Shown here one piece after another: positions 9,280-17,737 of a stretch of DNA of 64,000 bases (positions are counted from its first letter, which is position 1; every line of letters starts with the position of its first letter). The notes under the pieces were generated by a model. It saw nothing but the letters and a program-made list of their open reading frames with translations, did not search any database and had not been told where the DNA came from. The DNA is taken from positions 64,946-128,945 of the forward strand of contig JABWBA010000001.1 in the NCBI GenBank assembly GCA_013360745.1. The letters are read 5' to 3'. Position numbers and translations under genes: made by a program. The DNA comes from Chthonomonadales bacterium. Its GTDB lineage: Bacteria; Armatimonadota; Chthonomonadetes; Chthonomonadales; CAJBBX01.

Positions 9280-10706
9280 CGCCTGCGGCCTATCTCACAC
9301 TCTCCGAGCTGAACCGTCAGGTGCGTTCGGCCCTCGACGAATGGTCGAACCGCACCGGCGAGATCCTTGTCGTCGCCGAGCTAGCCGATTGGCGGCGGGG
9401 ACCGACGGGCCGCTATTACTGCAGATTGGTGGAACGTACCGCCGATGGGATCATCGCCGAGCTGGGAGCGGTGCTCTGGCAGCGCGCATCGCGCACGATC
9501 TCGGCGTTTCGTGAGGTTACGGGTAAGGAGATCGCGGCGGGCATGGAAGTCCTGATCCGCGGTCGGGTTACCTTTCACGAACGTTATGGGCTGAAGTTCG
9601 AGATCGCCGCCGTCGATCCGACCTATTCGCTCGGTGAGATGCAGCGGCTTCGACGGGAGGCGATCGATCGTCTGACGCGAGAGGGCTTGATCGATCGGAA
9701 CGGTCAGTTGCCGATGCCGTTAGTCCCCGCACGGGTTGCTGCGATCACCTCGGTTCAGTCGGCGGGCTATCAGGATTTCGTGGATCAACTGGCTCGTAAC
9801 CCATATGGATACGTGTTTACGGTCACCCCATTTCCTGCGTTGATGCAGGGTGATGAGGCGCCGCAGTCGATCGCACGGGCCCTTGGCAAGCTGGCCCGGA
9901 CTGCTGATCAATACGATATCGCTGTCTTGATCCGCGGCGGCGGCAGTCAGGTTGATCTGAGTTGCTTCGACACGTACGAAGTTGGCGCGGCCATCGCATC
10001 GTGTCGGGTTCCCCTGATTTCGGGCGTAGGCCACGAGCGCGACCATACCGTTGCCGATCTTGCGGCTCATACCCGTGCCAAGACCCCGACCGCCGTCGCT
10101 GAGACGATCATTGCCGTCGTCCGCTCGTACGATGAACGGCTCGAGGACGCGTGGGAGCGGATCGAGCGCACGGCAACGCGGATCATGGTCATGCAGGGGC
10201 CGGAGCTCACCCGCCTCAGTGAACGGCTCAGGAAAGGCGCGGGTAGCCTCGGCGGCGCCGGCATCACGGAACTGCGGCAAACGACGAATCGTCTTGCGGT
10301 CCATGTTGGGGATCGTCTCCGATACACAAGGGACTGGATTGCGACGCTGTCGAGACGAATTGTCGGCCCGTCGTCACGGATCATGACGGCACACGACGGA
10401 GGCCTGTCCGGCTTGACGGGTCGCCTTACATCCAGCGGATATCTGGAGATGCAGCGATCGGTCTATCGGCTGGAGGGTATGGAAAAACAGCTAAAGGCGT
10501 TGGATCCTGCACGCGTTCTCCAACGGGGCTTCAGCGTGACACGGTACGCGGGGCACGTCCTATACAGCGCGGAACAGGCGCCGGAAGGCGGAGTGATCGT
10601 CAGTGAGCTCGCCGGGGGCGTGTTGTATAGCCGCAGACTCGGGGAAGGGGAGGTCGCGAATGCGAAAGGAAACGCTGACGTATGCTCGGGCGATCGGACG
10701 CCTTGA
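9276..10706 (+). CDS. xseA: exodeoxyribonuclease VII large subunit
   Basis: It contains LSELNRQVRSALD, GRYYCRLV, AAITSVQSAGYQDF, IRGGGS and SGVGHERDHTVAD. The GTG start overlaps the lat stop (GTGA). Confidence 0.9.
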   Translation: MTPAAYLTLSELNRQVRSALDEWSNRTGEILVVAELADWRRGPTGRYYCRLVERTADGIIAELGAVLWQRASRTISAFREVTGKEIAAGMEVLIRGRVTFHERYGLKFEIAAVDPTYSLGEMQRLRREAIDRLTREGLIDRNGQLPMPLVPARVAAITSVQSAGYQDFVDQLARNPYGYVFTVTPFPALMQGDEAPQSIARALGKLARTADQYDIAVLIRGGGSQVDLSCFDTYEVGAAIASCRVPLISGVGHERDHTVADLAAHTRAKTPTAVAETIIAVVRSYDERLEDAWERIERTATRIMVMQGPELTRLSERLRKGAGSLGGAGITELRQTTNRLAVHVGDRLRYTRDWIATLSRRIVGPSSRIMTAHDGGLSGLTGRLTSSGYLEMQRSVYRLEGMEKQLKALDPARVLQRGFSVTRYAGHVLYSAEQAPEGGVIVSELAGGVLYSRRLGEGEVANAKGNADVCSGDRTP

Positions 10707-10995
10707 GGAGATTGTTCAGGCTCTCGAAACGGGGACCACGACAATCGACGAACTCGCTGGCGCGGTGAAAGAAGGGGTGGAGCTCGTAACGTGGTGTCGC
10801 AGGAAGCTTCGCGCTGCGGAAGTCGAAGTCGAAACCGCGTTGAAGGCGCTTGATCAACCGGACGAAGCCCGCGGAGGTGCGGCCACTCCCGCAAGATCGG
10901 GAGAGATACCTGAAGCGCGCGGAGCCAATCTATTCGAGAACCCTTCGGACGCGGTGGGCGAGGAGGGACTCGAACCCCCGACATCTTCCGTGTAA
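10660..10995 (+). CDS. xseB: exodeoxyribonuclease VII small subunit (with long C-terminal tail)
   Basis: MRKETLTYARAIGRLEEIVQALETGTTTIDELAGAVKEGVELVTWCRRKL matches the XseB helical hairpin. The first in-frame stop is at 10993-10995, inside the antisense tRNA-Val. Confidence 0.8.
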   Translation: MRKETLTYARAIGRLEEIVQALETGTTTIDELAGAVKEGVELVTWCRRKLRAAEVEVETALKALDQPDEARGGAATPARSGEIPEARGANLFENPSDAVGEEGLEPPTSSV

Positions 10996-11027
10996 AGGAA
11001 GCGCTCTGCCAGCTGAGCTACTCGCCC
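10955..11027 (-). tRNA. tRNA-Val (anticodon UAC)
   Basis: The minus strand reads GGGCGAG-TA-GCTC-AGCTGGCA-GAGC-G-CTTCC-TTTACAC-GGAAG-ATGTC-GGGGG-TTCGAGT-CCCTC-CTCGCCC-A. This gives a full cloverleaf with a GTTCGA T-loop and no encoded CCA. Confidence 0.9.
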
Positions 11028-11044
11028 GTGAACCGATGAACGAG

Positions 11045-11074
11045 AGTATAGACGGGAGGCGAAACGTCTGTCAA
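11045..11074 (-). promoter_or_regulatory. sigma70-type promoter for tRNA-Val (TTGACA-18-TATACT)
   Basis: The minus strand reads TTGACA gacgtttcgcctcccgtc TATACT, ending about 17 nt upstream of the tRNA 5' end. Confidence 0.6.
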
Positions 11075-11089
11075 ACGATGTACCCATGC

Positions 11090-12103
11090 TCAGGGAACGA
11101 GAAGGATCTTGAGCACGGCGTCTGGTGCGTCCGATAAGCGAGCGAAGGCGCTCGGGCCGTCCAATAACGGGAGCTCACGGACATAGGGCGTCGCACTTAT
11201 CGCTCCGGATACAAGGAGGTGAAGCGACGCGGCGAAGTCCGATCTCGTATAGGCGAAGCTTCCTCTTAGCGTGACCTCCTTACGAACGATTGAGCTGAAA
11301 TCCGCGTCACTCCGCTGATCGTGTAAGCCGAGGAGAACCACCGTTCCGCCGTTACGGACGGCACGGACCGCCAGATCCCGGGTAGCAGCGGTGCCGACGG
11401 CTTCCAGAACCGCATCCGCGCCACCAGGCCAGGTTTCGCGGACCGCATCGAGGACGAGCTCCGGTACACCATCGATCACGGTATCGGCCCCGAGCGCCCG
11501 AGCGGATTCACGCCGCGCTGAGCTTGCCTCCGTCACCCACACCTGCGGGATGGCGATGCTCTTAGCCAGCATCAAGGCGAGAGCGCCTTGCGTGCCGCCG
11601 CCGATGATGAGTAATCGTTCTGGTGGGTAATCCTTGAGCATGTCGAAGACATGCACCGTATTGGCCAGCGGCTCTACCATGGCCGCATCCGAGATCCGAA
11701 GCGTCTCGGGGATCGGCGTAAGGCATCGCTTATCAACGACCACGAGATCCGCGAAGCCGCCCTGCTCGTCATCCATTCCCAGAAGGCGCCAGTTGGAGCA
11801 TTGGTTTTCACGCCCCCGGAGGCACCCGTAACAGAATCCGCACGATTGAAGCGGATTCACGACGACGCGTTGACCGATCGGAAGTCCCGAGCCAGTTATC
11901 GCGTTCGCGACGCGCCCGACGACCTCGTGTCCCAATATGAGTGGTGGACGCCTTCGCGTGCTCTTACCGTGATATCCCGCCAGGTCGGAACCGCATATGC
12001 CGGTTGCTTCGACACGCACCAGCGCTTGATCCGGCTGCGGATGCGGATCCGGCACTTCACGGTATTCGACGCAATCCGGGGCGGTGTAGACGAGAGCACG
12101 CAT
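11090..12103 (-). CDS. zinc-dependent alcohol/polyol dehydrogenase (MDR family)
   Basis: It has GICGSDL, GHEVVG, the structural-zinc Cys cluster CGFCYGCLRGRENQC and the Rossmann motif IIGGGTQG. Confidence 0.85.
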   Translation of the reverse strand: MRALVYTAPDCVEYREVPDPHPQPDQALVRVEATGICGSDLAGYHGKSTRRRPPLILGHEVVGRVANAITGSGLPIGQRVVVNPLQSCGFCYGCLRGRENQCSNWRLLGMDDEQGGFADLVVVDKRCLTPIPETLRISDAAMVEPLANTVHVFDMLKDYPPERLLIIGGGTQGALALMLAKSIAIPQVWVTEASSARRESARALGADTVIDGVPELVLDAVRETWPGGADAVLEAVGTAATRDLAVRAVRNGGTVVLLGLHDQRSDADFSSIVRKEVTLRGSFAYTRSDFAASLHLLVSGAISATPYVRELPLLDGPSAFARLSDAPDAVLKILLVP

Positions 12104-12115
12104 CGTGGCGCGAGG

Positions 12116-12772
12116 TTAGTTATTGGGGAGGAGATAGAGCCCAACGATCGTCTGATAGGTTCCCGGCGTGAGTTTAACGTGACCGTCGACGTAGCAGATC
12201 GTCTGAGCGCCGATAACACCACGAGTGTAGACATCGTTGGTGCTAAATCCCGCATGCTCGCCGATACCATCACACACGATCATCGGCTTCTGTGCCGAAC
12301 GACCTATCGATGCAAGCGCATGATCACAGACGCCCTGAAGGTCGTTGTTGAACATTTCAAAGCCGGGGACAACACTCCAACCATGGACGCAAAGAAAGTT
12401 GTAATCGGTCGGATAATACGCGGCCCGCGAAGGCTGGGCGCGCATTGTAGGACAGTAGAAGATCGCTCTATTGCGCATGTACGGTTGAAGCAGATCGGCC
12501 ATAAAGATCGGAGAACCCGAGGCATCCGTGTGGATGTTCGGCGGAAAGCCGAAGCCGCCATCCGTAAAGTTCGAGACCATAAAGGTCTCATCGTAGTCCT
12601 GGATATACATCATCATCGCGTTACCGCTCTGGCGCAGATTTGATACGCATGTGGATCGACGGGCCATCTCACGGGCCTGGGCGAACACCGGAAATAGTAT
12701 CGCGGCCAAAATGGAGATGATGGCGATGACAACCAGTAGTTCGATTAGCGTAAATGCTCTTTTCATAGGCAT
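12116..12772 (-). CDS. prepilin-type N-terminal cleavage/methylation domain protein (DUF1559-like pseudopilin)
   Basis: The N-terminus [32 protein letters not shown] is the type IV pilin-like signal. The C-terminal ..CYVDGHV.. is typical of DUF1559/H-X9-DG proteins. An AGGAG RBS lies 4 nt upstream. Confidence 0.85.
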   Translation of the reverse strand: MPMKRAFTLIELLVVIAIISILAAILFPVFAQAREMARRSTCVSNLRQSGNAMMMYIQDYDETFMVSNFTDGGFGFPPNIHTDASGSPIFMADLLQPYMRNRAIFYCPTMRAQPSRAAYYPTDYNFLCVHGWSVVPGFEMFNNDLQGVCDHALASIGRSAQKPMIVCDGIGEHAGFSTNDVYTRGVIGAQTICYVDGHVKLTPGTYQTIVGLYLLPNN

Positions 12773-12816
12773 GGATCTCCTTAAAAAGTCCGTGCACCGG
12801 ATAGTGCGGGTTTCCA

Positions 12817-12845
12817 GCTATAGCTCTGGTTCGGATCCGAATCAA
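12817..12845 (-). promoter_or_regulatory. candidate promoter for the pseudopilin gene (TTGATT-17-TATAGC)
   Basis: The minus strand reads TTGATT cggatccgaaccagagc TATAGC, about 45 nt upstream of the ATG at 12772. Confidence 0.4.
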
Positions 12846-12939
12846 CAACGCAGAGTACCTAATACCGATCGATATGTTGATAGATGTCCTCGGCGCCCGA
12901 ACAGTTCCCCTGATCTCACCCGAGTACAATGACAGGCGT

Positions 12940-14148
12940 ATGAACGAGCGGCATAGGGGACGGACCGAAGGCGACTGCAATGCGATAGCGGGCGCTGAAG
13001 GCAAATGCGACGCATATGCCTTGCTGAGCGTTGCGGTCAGCCTCGACGGCTGCATTGGTTTGCCTGGTTATCGACCGCTCACGATCTCCTCTGAGGAAGA
13101 TCGGGTTGCGATTGAACGCCTTCGATCCTTCAGTGATGCGATCCTTATCGGTGCGGGGACAGCCAGGAGCGATGATCCGCGGCTAGGAATACGGTCGGCG
13201 GCACGTCGTACCGGCCGCGTTCTATCGGATATGTCCGCAGAGCCAGCCCGGGTCGTCATCACCGCTTCGGGCGACTTATCGACCGATCTGCGCATGTTCC
13301 GCATGGATGGCGCCCGCACCATGATCCTCACCTCGGACGATCGAATACGTTCGTGGGGCGGCGACCTGCCCGCACACGTCGAGCTAATAAGCGTGGAACC
13401 CCTAACCGTAGCTGCCTGTCTCAGGCGCCTGTCCGAAATGGGCATGCGACGGGTGATGATCGAAGGAGGTGCGCGGATCAGCGGCGACGTATTGCGCAGC
13501 GGCTGCGCCGAAGTGTTGCGGATCAGCGTGTCGCCGATGATAGTCGGTTCCCAAGAGGCGCCCCGAATCCATGGCGGTCTCCCGTGGAGCAGTCCAGAAC
13601 GGATCGCCTATTCGCTCCATGAGGTCGAAGCGCTCGGGGATACCGCGGTCCTGCACTGGATCCGTAACGGGTTACCGCACCCATCAGCGGTTTTCCAGCC
13701 AAGGTCGGATGCCCAATGGCTAGCGGAAGCCATCGAGCTATCGAAGCGGTGTACGATCTCAGCAGGCGCCTTCTCGGTTGGCGCAATCATCGTAAGCGCA
13801 TCTGGCCAGGTCCTATCGGAGTCCTATTCACGCGAAATCAGCCCCTCGTCCCACGCTGAAGAAGGGGCGATCGCCAGAGCCCGTGCCGGCGGGCATATCA
13901 TAGCCGGTGCGACGTTGTACTCGTCCCTTGAGCCCTGCAGCGTGCGATTGTCGGGTAGAAAACCGTGCGTGAACCACATACGGGAGGCGGGGATCACGCG
14001 TGTTGTGTTTGCGGCATCTGAGCCTGCTTCGTTTGTTCAGTGCGACGGTAAGCGGTTGTTGGAGGCGGCCGGTATCGAAGTCATGGTCATCGAACGACTC
14101 GCCTTTGCGGTTGCAGAGGTGAATGCCCACGTCTGGCCTCACCGCTGA
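12940..14148 (+). CDS. riboflavin-type pyrimidine reductase (N-terminal) fused to CMP/dCMP-type zinc deaminase (C-terminal); inverted order relative to RibD
   Basis: The N-terminal half looks like RibD_C/DHFR: LLSVAVSLDGCIG, ILIGAGTARSDDPRL, MIEGGARI. The C-terminal half has HAEEGAI...LYSSLEPCSVRLSGRKPC. The start was placed at the ATG at 12940 and could be as early as 12874. Confidence 0.75.
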   Translation: MNERHRGRTEGDCNAIAGAEGKCDAYALLSVAVSLDGCIGLPGYRPLTISSEEDRVAIERLRSFSDAILIGAGTARSDDPRLGIRSAARRTGRVLSDMSAEPARVVITASGDLSTDLRMFRMDGARTMILTSDDRIRSWGGDLPAHVELISVEPLTVAACLRRLSEMGMRRVMIEGGARISGDVLRSGCAEVLRISVSPMIVGSQEAPRIHGGLPWSSPERIAYSLHEVEALGDTAVLHWIRNGLPHPSAVFQPRSDAQWLAEAIELSKRCTISAGAFSVGAIIVSASGQVLSESYSREISPSSHAEEGAIARARAGGHIIAGATLYSSLEPCSVRLSGRKPCVNHIREAGITRVVFAASEPASFVQCDGKRLLEAAGIEVMVIERLAFAVAEVNAHVWPHR

Positions 14149-14272
14149 TCGCGTGTACGAAACACCGGAGCATCGCATCAGCGCTGGGTTCGCTCAGCGT
14201 TCTATGCGATCGTCGGACGCGTCTGCCATAATCCCCTTGGCGCTGCAATAGCCGTACGGCAGCCCATTCACC

Positions 14273-17200
14273 ATGGGAGCACCGCAAATGCGAAACCTCG
14301 TCGTAGCCGTCCTGGCGATGACTCTATCAGCCCTGTCTCCGCGAGCAGCGGCCGACGGTATGACCGGCAAGCTGATCGATGGACAGGCCTGGCGTTGTAT
14401 CGGCCCTGCCGTCGTTGGCGGTCGGATCGATGACGTAGCGGTAGTCGAGAGCGATACTACGATCGCGTATGTAGCAACAGCGACGGCTGGTCTCTGGAAG
14501 ACGACCAACCATGGCGTGACATTCAGTCCGATCTTCGACGATCAGCCATGTCAGAGCATCGGCGCTGTAGCGGTCAGTCGAACAGATCACAATATCGTCT
14601 GGATGGGCACCGGTGAGGCCAACAATAGGCAGAGCTCTTCCTGGGGATGTGGGGTGTTCAAGAGCGTTGATGCCGGTAAGACGTGGCAGCATATGGGACT
14701 TCCCGACTCCCTGCATATACCGAAGATTGCGATCCATCCCACCAATCCGGATATCGTCTATGTTGCCGCACTCGGGCATCTCTGGGGGCCGAACGAGGAA
14801 CGGGGACTGTACAAGACGGTGGACGGAGGCAAAACGTGGGTAGCGGTGCTCAAGGGAAACGCCGACACGGGCTGTCAGGACGTTGTACTGGATCCGGCGA
14901 ATCCGGAAATCGTCTATGCCTCCCTGTACCAGCGACGCCGGGCCGCCTGGGGATTTATCGGCGGCGGACCGCACGGGGGCGTATTTCGAAGTCGGGATGG
15001 CGGCGGTACGTGGGCGAAACTCCAGAAGGGCCTGCCGGCTGGCGATATCGGTTGCTCAGGACTGGATGTCTACCGTCGCAATCCGAGGATCGTCTACGCG
15101 ATCGTGGAGGCGCGTGACGGCGGGGTCTTCCGTTCCGAGGACGGAGGCGATTCGTGGACCCGGATGAGCAGTACCAACCCGAGACCGATGTATTTCAGCC
15201 TGATCCGGATCGATCCGAACGACGATCAGACGCTGTGGATTGGCGGGGTCTCCTTCATGCGGTCACGGGATGGCGGAAAGACGTTCGCTGCTGAAAGCGG
15301 GGCGCGCCTGCACGCGGACATTCATGCGATCTGGATCGATCCGGCCGACTCGCGGCACATGCTTGTAGGTTGCGACGGGGGAATCCAGTGGTCTTACGAC
15401 CGTGGTCGGACGTGGGATCACGTCAATACCATTCCGCTCGCTCAGTTCTATGGTCTCGGCTACGATATGCAGACACCATATAATCTAGCGGGCGGCCTTC
15501 AAGATAACGGGTCGTGGTTGGGACCCTCATCCCATGGTCCCCGCCAGGGGCCGACCAACGCTAGCTGGCAGAACCTCGGCAGCGGCGACGGCTTTCTTGG
15601 CGCCATCGCTCCGGACGATCCGAATACGGTCTACACGGAATCGCAAAACGGCAACGTACGGAGATCAAACGCAGCATTAGGGACAAGCGTCAACATCACG
15701 CCAAGCGCACCGCCCGGTGAGCCGCCGTATCGCTGGGACTGGTGCACGCCCTTCATGATATCGCCGCACCGTTCCTCCAAGATCTTGCTTGGCGGTAATC
15801 GTCTGTTCCTCTCGACCGATCGGGGCGATACATGGCGCAGGACCCAGGATCTGTCCACCAATCCTGACATCACTCAGTTTGAACTCATGGGTGTCAAGCG
15901 AGGGAAAGCGTATCCATTCCCGGATCTAGGCTCCGACTACGGTCAGATCGTCACCATCAGCGAATCGCCGTTGAAGGAGGGAATCCTCTACGTTGGCACT
16001 GATGACGGGAACCTCCAGGTTTCGCGCGATGACGGGCGCACGTGGACCAACGTCGTCCGCAATCTCCCCGGCGTGACTGGAGGAATCTATGTCTCCCGAG
16101 TACACGCTTCAATCCATCGGGCTGGGCGGGTGTACGCCTCACTCGATAACCACCGCGCCGATGACTATCGGCCGTACGTCTTTGTGAGTGAGGATTATGG
16201 CGTCACCTGGCGCTCGATCAGCAACGGGATTCCCGTCGGCAGTACGGTTAACGTGATCCGCGAACACCCACACGCGCCGAACCTGCTCTTCGCAGGCACC
16301 GACCGGGGTCTCTATGTCTCCTTCGATCGGGGATTACAATGGAGCCGATTTGGAAAGCCGCTCCCGCCGCTCCGCGTCGATGAGGTCCTCATCCATCCAA
16401 GGGAGAACGACCTGATCGTAGCCACGCACGCCCGCGGAGTCTACATACTCGACGATATTGGCAGCCTTGTTGCCGCTGCTAATGGTGTCTCCGGCCGGAT
16501 GGCGCTCTTCCCGCCGGCCCCTGCAGTCATGTATCGGGGAACGACAGCAACAGCCACGCTTACCGGGAACAGGCAATACGATACACAGGGCGAGCCAACC
16601 GGCGCTCGTATCCATTATTGGCTCGCCGAGGAACCGACTCTGACGAACGCGCCGGAACTGACGATATTGACCTCTCATGGGCAGGTGGTCACCCGTAGAC
16701 GTCTCACCCTGGCTAACGCCGGTTACAACGTGACAACCTGGGACTTTCGCGAGGATCTCGAGTCCGCAGCGCCAACAACGACCACGCGCGCCGCATCGTC
16801 GGGCGGCACGGCGCAAGATCCGCGATCGAGTCGTCCGCCGCAGAGGAGCGCTACGCCCGCACGTCGGCCATCGAGGTCCATCGCCCAGCGTGGGACACGG
16901 GTCCTTCCGGGAGGGTATCGGGTGCGCCTGCAACTAGGCGACACCGTGCAGGAGCAGCGGCTTACGGTCATCGACGACCCGCGGATAAGGCTTTCCCGTC
17001 GGGAACGGGCAACGCTGATTCGCCTGATCCGGGATATGAACCGTCGCGCGCTGCTCGCTCGGCGGGCAGATGATCGTGCACAGGCGCTTGAGACGGCGCT
17101 CAAGACCAGCGCCGAGTCCGATCCGGTCAAGAACGGTCCCGAATCCGCGAGGATCGCGTTGAAGGAGATGCAAAACGCGGTGGCCGCATTGAGGAATAGC

Positions 17201-17596
17201 CTCGCAGGACGCACCGCAGGACCTACCGCCGGCGCGCTTGTTCAGACACTCGGAGCGGGAGGGCAGATCGTCGAGTTTCGGTCGTCAGGCAACAACGCTG
17301 TGAGCGCTCGATTGGCACAGTATGCTATGCGGCTGGACAGCATATCTGAGATGCCGTCTCGCGGTCTGCGAGCGGAGATGGAGGCTCTGATGAAGGAGAG
17401 CGATCGGCTGATCCGCGAGGCCGATGAACTATCCGGCCGAGCCCTTGTCAGGCTCAACGCGATATTCAAAAAGGTGAAGCTGCCGGAGCTGGTGCTACAG
17501 CCGTCAAGCGAGGAGGGCGGATCGGCAGAATCCGTACTGGAGGTCATAGGGCGCGAGGACGGAACCGAGGGCGACATATCCGACATGGGCGGGTGA
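14273..17596 (+). CDS. exported BNR/Asp-box repeat (sortilin/VPS10-like) protein with helical C-terminal region
   Basis: It has an N-terminal signal peptide (MRNLVVAVLAMTLSALSPRAAA). Asp-box motifs SxDxGxTW recur: SVDAGKTW, TVDGGKTW, SRDGGGTW, SEDGGDSW, SRDGGKTF, SYDRGRTW, STDRGDTW, SRDDGRTW. Confidence 0.8.
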   Translation: MGAPQMRNLVVAVLAMTLSALSPRAAADGMTGKLIDGQAWRCIGPAVVGGRIDDVAVVESDTTIAYVATATAGLWKTTNHGVTFSPIFDDQPCQSIGAVAVSRTDHNIVWMGTGEANNRQSSSWGCGVFKSVDAGKTWQHMGLPDSLHIPKIAIHPTNPDIVYVAALGHLWGPNEERGLYKTVDGGKTWVAVLKGNADTGCQDVVLDPANPEIVYASLYQRRRAAWGFIGGGPHGGVFRSRDGGGTWAKLQKGLPAGDIGCSGLDVYRRNPRIVYAIVEARDGGVFRSEDGGDSWTRMSSTNPRPMYFSLIRIDPNDDQTLWIGGVSFMRSRDGGKTFAAESGARLHADIHAIWIDPADSRHMLVGCDGGIQWSYDRGRTWDHVNTIPLAQFYGLGYDMQTPYNLAGGLQDNGSWLGPSSHGPRQGPTNASWQNLGSGDGFLGAIAPDDPNTVYTESQNGNVRRSNAALGTSVNITPSAPPGEPPYRWDWCTPFMISPHRSSKILLGGNRLFLSTDRGDTWRRTQDLSTNPDITQFELMGVKRGKAYPFPDLGSDYGQIVTISESPLKEGILYVGTDDGNLQVSRDDGRTWTNVVRNLPGVTGGIYVSRVHASIHRAGRVYASLDNHRADDYRPYVFVSEDYGVTWRSISNGIPVGSTVNVIREHPHAPNLLFAGTDRGLYVSFDRGLQWSRFGKPLPPLRVDEVLIHPRENDLIVATHARGVYILDDIGSLVAAANGVSGRMALFPPAPAVMYRGTTATATLTGNRQYDTQGEPTGARIHYWLAEEPTLTNAPELTILTSHGQVVTRRRLTLANAGYNVTTWDFREDLESAAPTTTTRAASSGGTAQDPRSSRPPQRSATPARRPSRSIAQRGTRVLPGGYRVRLQLGDTVQEQRLTVIDDPRIRLSRRERATLIRLIRDMNRRALLARRADDRAQALETALKTSAESDPVKNGPESARIALKEMQNAVAALRNSLAGRTAGPTAGALVQTLGAGGQIVEFRSSGNNAVSARLAQYAMRLDSISEMPSRGLRAEMEALMKESDRLIREADELSGRALVRLNAIFKKVKLPELVLQPSSEEGGSAESVLEVIGREDGTEGDISDMGG

Positions 17597-17622
17597 TGAT
17601 GGATGCATACCCGCCCTGATCA

Positions 17623-17696
17623 TCGGGGTGAGCGGACTTGAACCGCTGGCCTCCTGGCCCCCATCCAGGCACTCTACCAAACTGAGCTACACCCCG
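17623..17696 (-). tRNA. tRNA-Pro (anticodon GGG)
   Basis: The minus strand reads CGGGGTG-TA-GCTC-AGTTTGGTA-GAGT-G-CCTGG-ATGGGGG-CCAGG-AGGCC-AGCGG-TTCAAGT-CCGCT-CACCCCG-A. This is a complete cloverleaf. Confidence 0.9.
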
Positions 17697-17708
17697 CGAC
17701 GTCTGGAC

Positions 17709-17737
17709 ATTATACTGGGGCACGGTGATTGTGTCAA
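17709..17737 (-). promoter_or_regulatory. consensus sigma70 promoter for tRNA-Pro (TTGACA-17-TATAAT)
   Basis: The minus strand reads TTGACA caatcaccgtgccccag TATAAT, with the -10 ending 12 nt upstream of the tRNA 5' end. Confidence 0.65.

Noticed and set aside
12773-12939. I looked for an FMN (RFN) riboswitch upstream of the riboflavin-type reductase-deaminase gene.
   Set aside because: None of the conserved RFN segments can be seen (for example GGGCGGGGUGAAAUUCCC or GAUCCGGU...CCGACGGU). The region instead holds a plausible promoter for the divergent pseudopilin gene.
17587-17616. The hairpin GGGCGGGT-14 nt-ACCCGCCC spans the stop codon of the BNR protein gene, next to tRNA-Pro.
   Set aside because: It has a large loop and no T/U tract on either strand, so the evidence is insufficient to call a terminator.
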